Shown one piece after another: positions 35,800-44,422 of a DNA stretch of 59,962 nt. Positions within the stretch are counted from its first letter, which is position 1; the number at the start of each line of letters is the position of its first letter. A program made the translations under genes and the position numbers. Under the pieces are notes generated by a model. That model did no database searches and was not told the DNA's origin. It was given only the letters and a program-made list of their open reading frames with translations. Source of the stretch: Candidatus Zixiibacteriota bacterium (GTDB lineage: Bacteria > Zixibacteria > MSB-5A5 > GN15 > FEB-12); the NCBI GenBank assembly GCA_020348905.1, contig CP070756.1, forward strand, positions 2,982,074 to 3,042,035, in the 5' to 3' direction.

Positions 35800-38700
35800 C
35801 TAAATGGATTTGGAGATCTGGTATTTCTTGATTTTTCTTCTAAGCGTGGAAAGAGGTATGTTCAGATCGGCTGACGCCCTCGATTGATTCCACTTATGCT
35901 TGATGAGGACCTTTCTTATCTGCTCTTTTTCCACCAACTGTAACGACTCGCGGTGGTTGCCGTCAAGTTTGGCACTGTACTGAATTTCGGTTGGCAAACC
36001 CGAGACATCGATTCTTTCACCCGGGTAAACTATGCAGCATCGCTCTATAAGGTTTTTCAGTTCTCTGACGTTGCCCGGCCAGTCATATGACGCCAGAGCC
36101 TGCGTCGCCGCAGTAGAAAATCTCGGTTGCCGACCGCCGCGCGAAAAGAGCGTCACAAAGTGATCAATCAACAGCATAATATCACTTCTTCTTTCCCGTA
36201 ACGGGGGGATTTCTATTGTGACCGTATTGATTCGGTACAATAGGTCCTGTCTGAATTTGCCTTCGCGTGTCATCGCTGCGAGATCTTTGTTGGTCGCGTA
36301 AACGAAGCGGATATCGGTATAGGTAGTTTTGTTACTTCCCACTCTTTCAAATTGCTGATACTCAACGGTGCGGAGTACCTTAGCTTGAACCTCGAGAGGC
36401 ATATCGCCGATCTCGTCGAGCAGCAGGGTGCCTCCGTCGGCCGCTGCGAACTTGCCCTCGCGCTCCTTGACATCGGTGGCCACGTTAGCAGCAACGCCGA
36501 ACAACTCGCTTTCTATCAAAGTTCCCGCAATCGCCGCACAGTTGAGCTTGATCAGCGGCTTACCCGAACGAAGGCTGAGGTCATGAATCATCTCGCATAG
36601 AATCTCTTTTCCGGTGCCACTCTCCCCCTGTATCAGGACGGGCGCGTTGGTTCGCGCTATTTCAGGAAGTTTGCCAAACAGTTCCAGCATCGAATCATCC
36701 TTGGTCACAAAGGCCTGCCGATTCCCCGATCGGCCGACATCCTCGACCAGTTGTTGATTGATGATACTCACGTCACGGTAGCTCTGAATGGTAGATACCA
36801 TTACCGCCATTAGATTGGCGATAGTAGTGACGTAGACGATATCACTACTGTCGAATAGAGCCGGGATGGTATGGTGGTCAAGATAAAGAACGCCCAGAAC
36901 GGTGTTTTCGATAGTGACCGGAATGCAGATTACTGAGAGAATATTGTGGGCGACTATACTCTTGTAGTTCCTCGTGCGCTTGTCCGCCAGGGCATTGTCG
37001 ACTATCAATGGATCAACATTACGGGCTACCTCCAGCGGGATGGTTGAACTAAAATCGGCTATATCCTCTAGGCTGCTCTCGTCGCATTCGACAAAGGACG
37101 AAACCCTGAGCTTGTTTGACTGCTCACTTCTTAGCAGAAGCACCCCTCGTTCAGCACCCGTCTGCTCAACGGCAAATTCCACCAGCCGTTTAAGGGATTG
37201 CCGATAGTCCTTGATGTTTTTTAGAATTTCCGAGATGCCGTGCACCGAGTCGATCAATTCGGTCAAATCCGAAGTCTCATCGGACAGGTCTTGAATCTGT
37301 AATGCGAGTTCTTTCGACATTCGCTCATTCTTCATACCGGTCGCCAGCCGGAGCGCCTGTCCAAGGAACTTCCGGGCCAGTTTCTCCTGCGATTGCCTCA
37401 AATACTGTTCAGCAATTCTCCGGCACACGATCACGGCAAGAAATACGTTCCCACTGGTTTCAAGAATTCGGAAGATTGTCTTTAAATCTCTGACTGCAGC
37501 AAGATCATCATCAGGCGGAGTAGTCGTCTGTAGAACGAGCAGCGATAAGGCCCTGAAAAAGGGGGCTCGCGACTGCTGCCCGACTTCAAGTAGCGGCCGA
37601 GCCTTTTCAAGGCACTCAGCTGCCCGATGATTGTCGGTGTTGATCAGGAAGTGGAATAAAGCCAGGCCGGCAAAGTAATAACCGCGGCAATTGATCAGTA
37701 TTTCCATCAACTCAGCGAGTCTCTGCACCGCAGTATCGTCGCCGCCATTGTATAGCCGGTTAAGGGTATCGATCAGGTGCAGCTCCGCTAGAGAAGCGGT
37801 ATCATGCTGGTCGGATAATGCCGATTCCCCGGCGCCAAGATGGAGCTCACATACGGATTGTTTGCCCTGATACATAGCCACCTCGGCGAGGCCATGGTAG
37901 ATTTTTGCGGCCGATCTGGAGCGAACTGTAGAATCGATAACATCCAGTCCCTTGTGCAACGATAGAGCACTTGCCTCAAAATCACCACGGTTACACTTGA
38001 TATAGCCTTCGCCTATATAATAGAGGACAATCGCATTTCGGTCGGGTTCACCCGCCCTGCTGGCCAGTGATCGCTGTAGCCAGTATTCGGCCTTGTTATG
38101 ATCACAAAGTCGTGAGTAGGCGTTAGCAAGGCTGTTCGCTATAATGCCCTCCAAATAACGGTCAACGGGATCGTCAATCTGCTTCAGTGCCATCTTGCCG
38201 TACCGGATGACATTACTGTGTTGGGCTAATTCTTGATATAATATGGCCAGGCCCACAATACTGCTGATCGATTTGGACAGAAGGCCATTAACCCTGGCCA
38301 CTTCAAAACTGCGCATCAGGTGCTTCTCCGACTCGCCAAAAAGACCTCTTCGCCAGTAAACGATGCCGCGAGCATAATGAACTTTTATTTCGACTTCGTG
38401 GAGATGGGCTGCTCCGGCCCGCATGATAGTGGAGTCCAGCAATTCCTCGGCTTCATCATGCCGCCCCTCTATCGACGCCAGCCAGGCCCGGGTTCGCTCG
38501 AACATCAACTCGTGGTGAAGGTCTCCGACCGATTTCGCCTGAGCAATTCCGCGCTCGACAAGCTGATTGGCCTCGTCCATAAGCCCAAGGTCTGTTGCAA
38601 CCGATACCAGATCGTACATGGCTCCGAGGTCCACTTGCGAATGCATCTCATTAAGCTCGACCAGGCTGCGGTAATACTCCGCCGCAGATGCTAATCGGCC

Positions 38701-39981
38701 CAGGGCTTGCGAAAGATACCCCAGCTCCTTGAGTGCCTTAGCGCGTAAATCCATCCTTTGGTCCGGGGTTTTCTCCAACTCATCCAAGGCCGCCCGGAAT
38801 GCAAGGAAAGACCTCAGGTACTTGCCGGTCTCCTTATGCACGCTACCGCCACCAATCAGCTTTTCAACCACCTCGGCGCCAGCCAGCGGTTGGGCTTTAT
38901 GCTGGGGTTCAAGTATGAGGTCAATCTCACCGAACAATTCACCAAGGTCTCGATCGGAGACCTGGAGGTGCCAGTAATCGCCGTGGCGCGAAACCGACGC
39001 ACGCTGAACCACAGATTTAAACAGACGGATAGCTGCCGCTCTACTCTTTGAATACACGGCCCCCAGATCGTCCAGAAGTTCATCGGACAATCCCAGTATC
39101 CTATTGGCCCTTATTAACGATTTTTTCAACGTGTCGGTATCCGGTGAAGCTAACGATCTTTGATCACGGAAACTGCTCAGCACCATCGACGATAACAGGT
39201 CTTTGTTGGCCGAACCCAGTACTGCAGAATCGAATAATCCGGCATCTGCGGTGGCGTTCAACAGGGCATACGGACGGTTCAACGGATAACTGTCGGTCAA
39301 AAGCTCAGCCAGCTTCTCTACACCGTCAGCTTTGACCTTCAGGCTGTCATCGAACTCAGAAGGGTGGAGCCTGTAATACTCAACACAATCCTTGAAAGCA
39401 ATACCAAGCGAGTAGTTGTCCGACTGTACCAGAACGGCGTCGTTAGACAGAATCTCCGGAGCTATATGGCGGGGAGTGCCGAAAATCTTGGCGTTCGGAG
39501 AGGAACCAACCGCAGTCAGAAAATCCAGGTCAACCAGAACGAGCCTGTGAGACGCGGCCGAGGTGCCGATCATGAAATTGCTGAGCTTCAAATCGCAATG
39601 GACCAGCTCTCTGAGGTGAACCAGGTCTACCAGCAGGCACAACTGAACGAGGACACTATCAAAGTTCTGCCAGAACAGTGACGGCGTGAGCTGCTGCCAT
39701 CTCTGACTGTCCAGATAAGGGTACTCAAAGAATAGCTGCCCTTTTTCATGGTACTTGTTTTTGGCAGTGATTATCCTGTCACTATTGAGAAGTCGCTGGC
39801 AACGGTATGAATTATTGAGAATCGAGGATACCGTCTGAGCGTCGATGGGTGACTCCGGATTAGGTGTCTTGACAAAGGACTTTGTTCCCGAGGCGGGACA
39901 ACTGGCTACCCACGACTGACTTAAGTCGTTCTGCGACAGTAAAGTTTCTAAACTCAATCTGGCCCCTTCAGAAAAAGACAT
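35800..39981 (-). CDS. Multidomain regulator: Ser/Thr-kinase-like, TPR/helical repeats, GAF, sigma-54-interaction-type AAA+, Fis-type HTH
   Basis: The protein is 1393 aa. The kinase-like domain has HCDLKLSNF, DLDF, GTPRHIAPE. The long helical region contains AEYYRSL-type TPRs. The GAF segment reads GAERGVLLL...LGVLYLDH. The AAA+ domain has VLIQGESGTGKE, GGTLLLDEIGDM, FRQDLLYRIN, and the HTH has QSRASADLNIPLSTLRRKIKKY. Confidence 0.85.
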   Translation of the reverse strand: MSFSEGARLSLETLLSQNDLSQSWVASCPASGTKSFVKTPNPESPIDAQTVSSILNNSYRCQRLLNSDRIITAKNKYHEKGQLFFEYPYLDSQRWQQLTPSLFWQNFDSVLVQLCLLVDLVHLRELVHCDLKLSNFMIGTSAASHRLVLVDLDFLTAVGSSPNAKIFGTPRHIAPEILSNDAVLVQSDNYSLGIAFKDCVEYYRLHPSEFDDSLKVKADGVEKLAELLTDSYPLNRPYALLNATADAGLFDSAVLGSANKDLLSSMVLSSFRDQRSLASPDTDTLKKSLIRANRILGLSDELLDDLGAVYSKSRAAAIRLFKSVVQRASVSRHGDYWHLQVSDRDLGELFGEIDLILEPQHKAQPLAGAEVVEKLIGGGSVHKETGKYLRSFLAFRAALDELEKTPDQRMDLRAKALKELGYLSQALGRLASAAEYYRSLVELNEMHSQVDLGAMYDLVSVATDLGLMDEANQLVERGIAQAKSVGDLHHELMFERTRAWLASIEGRHDEAEELLDSTIMRAGAAHLHEVEIKVHYARGIVYWRRGLFGESEKHLMRSFEVARVNGLLSKSISSIVGLAILYQELAQHSNVIRYGKMALKQIDDPVDRYLEGIIANSLANAYSRLCDHNKAEYWLQRSLASRAGEPDRNAIVLYYIGEGYIKCNRGDFEASALSLHKGLDVIDSTVRSRSAAKIYHGLAEVAMYQGKQSVCELHLGAGESALSDQHDTASLAELHLIDTLNRLYNGGDDTAVQRLAELMEILINCRGYYFAGLALFHFLINTDNHRAAECLEKARPLLEVGQQSRAPFFRALSLLVLQTTTPPDDDLAAVRDLKTIFRILETSGNVFLAVIVCRRIAEQYLRQSQEKLARKFLGQALRLATGMKNERMSKELALQIQDLSDETSDLTELIDSVHGISEILKNIKDYRQSLKRLVEFAVEQTGAERGVLLLRSEQSNKLRVSSFVECDESSLEDIADFSSTIPLEVARNVDPLIVDNALADKRTRNYKSIVAHNILSVICIPVTIENTVLGVLYLDHHTIPALFDSSDIVYVTTIANLMAVMVSTIQSYRDVSIINQQLVEDVGRSGNRQAFVTKDDSMLELFGKLPEIARTNAPVLIQGESGTGKEILCEMIHDLSLRSGKPLIKLNCAAIAGTLIESELFGVAANVATDVKEREGKFAAADGGTLLLDEIGDMPLEVQAKVLRTVEYQQFERVGSNKTTYTDIRFVYATNKDLAAMTREGKFRQDLLYRINTVTIEIPPLRERRSDIMLLIDHFVTLFSRGGRQPRFSTAATQALASYDWPGNVRELKNLIERCCIVYPGERIDVSGLPTEIQYSAKLDGNHRESLQLVEKEQIRKVLIKHKWNQSRASADLNIPLSTLRRKIKKYQISKSI

Positions 39982-40329
39982 AGCCGGTCCATATCTTCAA
40001 CTGGTTCTTGTCAGGTGGATGGCATTAGCGGCGCGTCGCTGACCATTCCCACAAACTCAAGATAACATTACCTGCCACTTTTTCAAGACATTTGGCAAAT
40101 TTTATTGCCTTGCACTGCCAGAAACTGTCAGCGTCAGCAAGTATATTTTGCTCAGTCCGTACAGCACCGATTAAAAAGCGGGGAGGATTTTAGGGGAGGG
40201 CAACCCTGTGGTGGGGGTGAACCGGGTAGTCCGGGGAGATGCTTTGGACTATCTGACGAAGTTCACCTCCACCTTTTTTTACTGCCTGGAATGTTGGAAA
40301 CTGTTTCGCCGACGTAGCTGGCGAACCTC

Positions 40330-40938
40330 TTAATGTTTGCCAAAAAGCGCCGCTCTGCTTCTGGGCACGGCGGGGCGGTCAATTATGTAGAACCCTGCCT
40401 CACCGGTCAGCCGCACCGTATCTTCAAATTCGGCTTCGGTAACGTGGCCTCTGGGTTCGGCGAGAAGACACGCCCCATCCGCGTTCAAGGCCTTTTGTAC
40501 CTGGCTTAGCATCCCCAACGGGTCTGGCACCTCGTGCGCCACCGCAAAAAGCAGGGCGAAATCAATTTGACCGGCCAGGTCATTGATTCCAAGATTGTCT
40601 TTGCCGCAAACCCGAACCTCAATCCGCGCCTCGAGTCCCGCTTTGACTGCACGCCTCTTAAGAGACCTGAGCATCTTTTCCTGTAAATCTACACAGACAA
40701 CCCGTCCGCTTTCCGTCACTGTTCTGGCCATCCAGAGGCTGAAATACCCCATCCCGCTACCAACATCCAGAACCGTCATTCCTGCCTTTACGTAATCGCC
40801 CAGGATTCTCTCCTGCGGCTGAAAAATCCGTCTCAGCGGACTGGCCAGAACATATCCAAGCCACCATGGGCAAACGTGTCCCACCGGGGTGCCTCCTTTC
40901 GAACCAATAAAGAGCCGATTACTCGACCAAGTTGCCAT
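40330..40938 (-). CDS. Class I SAM-dependent methyltransferase
   Basis: Motif I is VLDVGSGMGYFSLWMAR, with post-I VVCVDLQ and the overall ~200-aa Rossmann MTase pattern. Confidence 0.8.
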   Translation of the reverse strand: MATWSSNRLFIGSKGGTPVGHVCPWWLGYVLASPLRRIFQPQERILGDYVKAGMTVLDVGSGMGYFSLWMARTVTESGRVVCVDLQEKMLRSLKRRAVKAGLEARIEVRVCGKDNLGINDLAGQIDFALLFAVAHEVPDPLGMLSQVQKALNADGACLLAEPRGHVTEAEFEDTVRLTGEAGFYIIDRPAVPRSRAALFGKH

Positions 40939-41175
40939 CTACATCCTGCGCTGTCAACCCTCGATCAACCCTTCGTCCCCGCTTTTGAACTGCGCGAAAC
41001 TGTAACTTGCTATCCAGCGTGGATATAATCTATCATGTCTTGGGCTCACCACAATCGACATCATCGAACATAATTCATTGTCAATCATTGGACTGCTAAA
41101 CCAGATAGTTTTTCGCCGGCCCGGCACGGATGTTGAATTGGTCTATACCGGACAATACAAAACAGAGGAGGAATC

Positions 41176-41601
41176 ATGTATCGGCGCATAATAAATCTAC
41201 TGACACTGGGGGCATTCGCAGTGTATTCGATAGGGCTCACCGGATGTACCAAGTTGACCAGATTGTCGGTCGATGAAGCAATAAGATCGGAATCATGTCA
41301 GGTTCAGCACACCAACGAGCTCAAGGGCGGAAATATTGTGGCCGTGTACACACCAGACAAGGTTTACCGGTTCGAAAAAAACTTCGCCTATATCAACACT
41401 GCCAGTCAGACAATAGAGGGGTATTCATTAGATAACAAAGAAGTCAGTATTCCCCTTACCGAGGTCACCAGTATCGAAATCAAAAGCACCGATTGGACGA
41501 AGACCCTATTGCTCGCGGGCGCGGGGATAGGCATATGTGTGGCATTGGCGATAGCAGCGTACGAACCGGAGCAGGGTGAGGGGTGGTCGCTCTTAGAATA
41601 A
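41176..41601 (+). CDS. Paralogous lipoprotein 1 (one repeat module, C-terminal TM helix)
   Basis: It has an RBS (gaggagg) and a signal peptide with lipobox LTGC. There is one FE/FD...G...IP..EV.SI module, then KT plus the helix LLLAGAGIGICVALAIAAY and the tail GEGWSLLE. Confidence 0.75.
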   Translation: MYRRIINLLTLGAFAVYSIGLTGCTKLTRLSVDEAIRSESCQVQHTNELKGGNIVAVYTPDKVYRFEKNFAYINTASQTIEGYSLDNKEVSIPLTEVTSIEIKSTDWTKTLLLAGAGIGICVALAIAAYEPEQGEGWSLLE

Positions 41602-41629
41602 TCAGAATCACTCAATAAAGGAGGAGAAA

Positions 41630-42268
41630 ATGTTCAGGCAAATAATCAGTCTAATAACGTTGGCAGCCCTGATGATCAACACCATTGGGCTGACTGGCTG
41701 CACCAGCACGACTAAGTTTCCTATCGAAGAAGTTAAAAACAGCCCGCCCAAAAAAGTCACCCGGCTGAAGTTTGACAACGAGGAGCAGTTAGTATGGGAT
41801 TCTGAGGGTGCGACCTATCGACGTGAGGCAAAACAATTCGTCGGCGTAACCACACTCGGAGACGTCAAGCGCGTCCCGGCCGATGCCGTCGACAGCGTCT
41901 TGTATGTCATCGGCGATAGCCCTCAGGTGTTCTCACAGGACATCGGAACATACACCATTGCGGAATCAAAGAGAAGCCCGAGGAATCTGGCGGGTAAGGT
42001 TAAGGGGGTGCTCAAGGGGCAGGAGGAAATCCGGTTCGTTGGTCGCCGTGGCAGGATTAACTGGCTCGATCAAACGGTGGCGGGCAGAGCCGTAACCGGC
42101 GAGTCGCTGGTCATGCCCTTTGCGGAAGTTGATCAGGTAATCATCAAGCAACCGGCGCCGGGCAAAACCGCGTTGCTGGTTATCGGCCTGACAGCGCTAG
42201 CCGGAATTGTCGTCCTTGGTATTGCCGCCAGTCAAACGGATTTTGGATGGGGCAGTAGCCGTTATTGA
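41630..42268 (+). CDS. Paralogous lipoprotein 2 (two modules, C-terminal TM helix)
   Basis: It has an RBS (aaggagg), lipobox LTGC, the helix ALLVIGLTALAGIVVLGIAA after GKT, and the tail DFGWGSSRY. Confidence 0.75.
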   Translation: MFRQIISLITLAALMINTIGLTGCTSTTKFPIEEVKNSPPKKVTRLKFDNEEQLVWDSEGATYRREAKQFVGVTTLGDVKRVPADAVDSVLYVIGDSPQVFSQDIGTYTIAESKRSPRNLAGKVKGVLKGQEEIRFVGRRGRINWLDQTVAGRAVTGESLVMPFAEVDQVIIKQPAPGKTALLVIGLTALAGIVVLGIAASQTDFGWGSSRY

Positions 42269-42324
42269 CAGTATCCACACAAGCGAAAAAGCCCCCGCGC
42301 AGAAACCATGAAGGAGAGAAAGCC

Positions 42325-42978
42325 ATGAACCTGATAAGACTTAAACAGACTCTGAGGATTATGACGATCCTCATCGCGGCCGGGCTTACTGGCTGCACCA
42401 AGACGATCTCTATCCCCGGCCGTGAAGTGAGAGTCCCTCCGACGCCGGTCATCGAGCGGGTCACCTTAGCAGACCGAGGTGAGGTGCAATTCGACGAAAC
42501 CGGCGGCCGGTATCTTCAGCGAATCGGTTTGATACAGGGCGTATCTACTGAAGGAGCACGCGAGAACCTGAAGGTCGGCGCTATCGACTCGGTTTATTTC
42601 ACCTTCTCCAATGACACGGCCCACTATATCGGCGACGGAAGGACTTTTGCCAAAGAGCAGGAGACACTGCGCGAAGATAGGATCAAAGGGACTATTACGG
42701 CCGTGAATCTTGGTTCGGAAGAAATACGCTTCGACTCCAAAAACGGTCATGTCGATTCGCTGAATTCAGCCATCGTCGGAGTGACCAGCTCAGGGGAACT
42801 CATAAGTGTGCCCATTGACTCGGTCCACAGCCTCAAGGTGAAACGACAGGATAAGCTGAAAACTTTTCTGCTGCTTGGGGGAGTAGCTGCTGTCGCTGTC
42901 GTTCTGGCTACCGCCAACTACGGACCTGATGAGGACACTCAAATCGATCTTCCCTGCATAGGCTGGGATTGCGACTGA
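42325..42978 (+). CDS. Paralogous lipoprotein 3 (two modules, C-terminal TM helix)
   Basis: The ATG at 42325 is preceded by gaaggagag. It has lipobox LTGC. The modules are EVQFDETGGRY..IQGVSTEG...IDSVYF and EIRFDSKNGHVDSLNSAIVGVTSSGELISVPIDSVHSL. The C-terminus has the helix after LKT and the tail IGWDCD. Confidence 0.8.
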   Translation: MNLIRLKQTLRIMTILIAAGLTGCTKTISIPGREVRVPPTPVIERVTLADRGEVQFDETGGRYLQRIGLIQGVSTEGARENLKVGAIDSVYFTFSNDTAHYIGDGRTFAKEQETLREDRIKGTITAVNLGSEEIRFDSKNGHVDSLNSAIVGVTSSGELISVPIDSVHSLKVKRQDKLKTFLLLGGVAAVAVVLATANYGPDEDTQIDLPCIGWDCD

Positions 42979-43035
42979 CGATACTGCTTTTGTGGGTAAT
43001 TGGACCCGTATGTCTATTGGAAAGGAGGCAGGAAG

Positions 43036-43680
43036 ATGAAAAGGGGGAGCATCAAATTGGAAGTCGGGCTGGCGTTGCTGACGGCCTTGCTGGTTATTTC
43101 CGGCTGTACCGGCCGACCCACGTCCAGAACCTACAGGATGAGAATCGACGAGGTCAGGATTCCACCCCGGGTGAAAGTCAGCAAGGCTTTGCTCAAAGAC
43201 GGCAGCCATCTGGTCTTCGATAGCAGCGGCGGCTGGTATCTGCTTCGAGCCGAAATGATACAGGGCACAACCGTCGACGGACTTCGCCAGCAGGCCAAAA
43301 TCAAAGACATCGATTCGGTTTTCTTCACTATCGAAGGTGACACCGCGCAGCACACCCGGACCGGCCGGGCATTCAAAGACGAGCAAAAAAGAACCTATCG
43401 TGATACAATCAAGGGAGACATCAAAGCCGTGGCCACCCGTTACCAGGAGATCAATTTCAACCGGCATTACGGGAAAATCGACTCGCTTAACCGAGCCGTG
43501 GTGGGAGTTACCAACGCCAACGAGAATGTCAGCATACCATTCGATTCTGTTTATGCCTTGAAAGTGGAGCGCCCCGACATGTGGGCCAAAACCGAGGTGG
43601 TCCTTGCCGTAGCCGCTGGTGCAGCACTCGTCATTTATGTCTTGGTTTCCGGTGACTTCTGGGATTGGGGTAGTGACTGA
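43036..43680 (+). CDS. Paralogous lipoprotein 4 (two modules, C-terminal TM helix)
   Basis: The ATG at 43036 is preceded by aaggagg. It has lipobox ISGC. The segment INFNRHYGKIDSLNRAVVGVTNANENVSIPFDSVYALKV is close to lipoproteins 3 and 5. The tail is DFWDWGSD. Confidence 0.8.
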   Translation: MKRGSIKLEVGLALLTALLVISGCTGRPTSRTYRMRIDEVRIPPRVKVSKALLKDGSHLVFDSSGGWYLLRAEMIQGTTVDGLRQQAKIKDIDSVFFTIEGDTAQHTRTGRAFKDEQKRTYRDTIKGDIKAVATRYQEINFNRHYGKIDSLNRAVVGVTNANENVSIPFDSVYALKVERPDMWAKTEVVLAVAAGAALVIYVLVSGDFWDWGSD

Positions 43681-43744
43681 ACGGTAGGGATAGGTGACAA
43701 TTAATACGGCGCGGGCTTAGTCCTGCGGCACGAAAGGCAAAATT

Positions 43745-44404
43745 ATGTACAGGCCAACTGTTGGTTTCATGACACTTGCGGCTCTGTTAATTCTCTCGAT
43801 AGGGCTGTCAGGGTGTACAAGAACTGTCACCATGGAAAGACACGAAATGAGAATTGCCCCCAGGATCAGCATAAACGAAGTCCGGCTGACCGACGGCAGC
43901 CGGGTAAGCTTTGATATTACCGGCGCCAGGTATCTGTCCCGAAGCGAAGTGATAAAAGGGCTTACCGAAGATGGCGTCGCCCGGAAGATCAAGATAGGTG
44001 ATGTCGACTCGCTGTTCTATACAGGTATTGACGATTCCGTCAACTATGCCCAATCAGGTGCGGTGTTTAAAGAGAGCCACAAAGTGTACCGCAAAAAATC
44101 AATAAGGGGTGTTATTCGGGGGTTGTCCACGCGCTACTACAATATCGAATTCGACAAATACCACGGTCAGATTGATACTCTCGCGCGAGCTGTCGTAGGT
44201 GTGACGACTGCCGGCAATGCGGTGAGTGTACCGATCGACTCCGTATACAGCATTAGCCTCGAGCGATTCGACGCCGGCAAAAGCTTTCTGACAACGGCGG
44301 CAATTATGGACGTCGTCTGGGATGGAACACCGGACCTGTACTGGGAATACGATCTTTTGGAAGAGGTGCTCGACGAATTCATGAATGAAGATGATGACAA
44401 TTAA
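43745..44404 (+). CDS. Paralogous lipoprotein 5 (two modules, helix degraded, acidic tail)
   Basis: It has lipobox LSGC and the module IEFDKYHGQIDTLARAVVGVTTAGNAVSVPIDSVYSISL. The C-terminus lacks a full hydrophobic helix and ends LYWEYDLLEEVLDEFMNEDDDN. Confidence 0.75.
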   Translation: MYRPTVGFMTLAALLILSIGLSGCTRTVTMERHEMRIAPRISINEVRLTDGSRVSFDITGARYLSRSEVIKGLTEDGVARKIKIGDVDSLFYTGIDDSVNYAQSGAVFKESHKVYRKKSIRGVIRGLSTRYYNIEFDKYHGQIDTLARAVVGVTTAGNAVSVPIDSVYSISLERFDAGKSFLTTAAIMDVVWDGTPDLYWEYDLLEEVLDEFMNEDDDN

Positions 44405-44422
44405 GTCGATCCCTGATCCGTA

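Noticed and set aside
40093-40108. A sigma-54-like element, TGGCAAATTTTATTGC, on the + strand upstream of the giant regulator.
   Set aside because: The GG-to-GC spacing is one nucleotide too long. It points away from the regulator gene toward an implausible 70-aa ORF (40105-40317). I kept it only as a repeated-motif observation, not as a promoter.
41122-41136. A sigma-54-like element, cGGCACGgatgTTGaa, ~40 nt upstream of the first paralogous lipoprotein gene.
   Set aside because: The spacing is correct, but the invariant -12 GC is GA. It is too weak to call a promoter without a PWM score or TSS data, so it is mentioned only within the lipoprotein-array finding.
42790-43467. A 225-aa ORF on the - strand spanning lipoprotein genes 3 and 4.
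   Set aside because: It is antisense to two genes with RBS, lipoboxes and paralog support, and it crosses their intergenic spacer. It is a shadow ORF.
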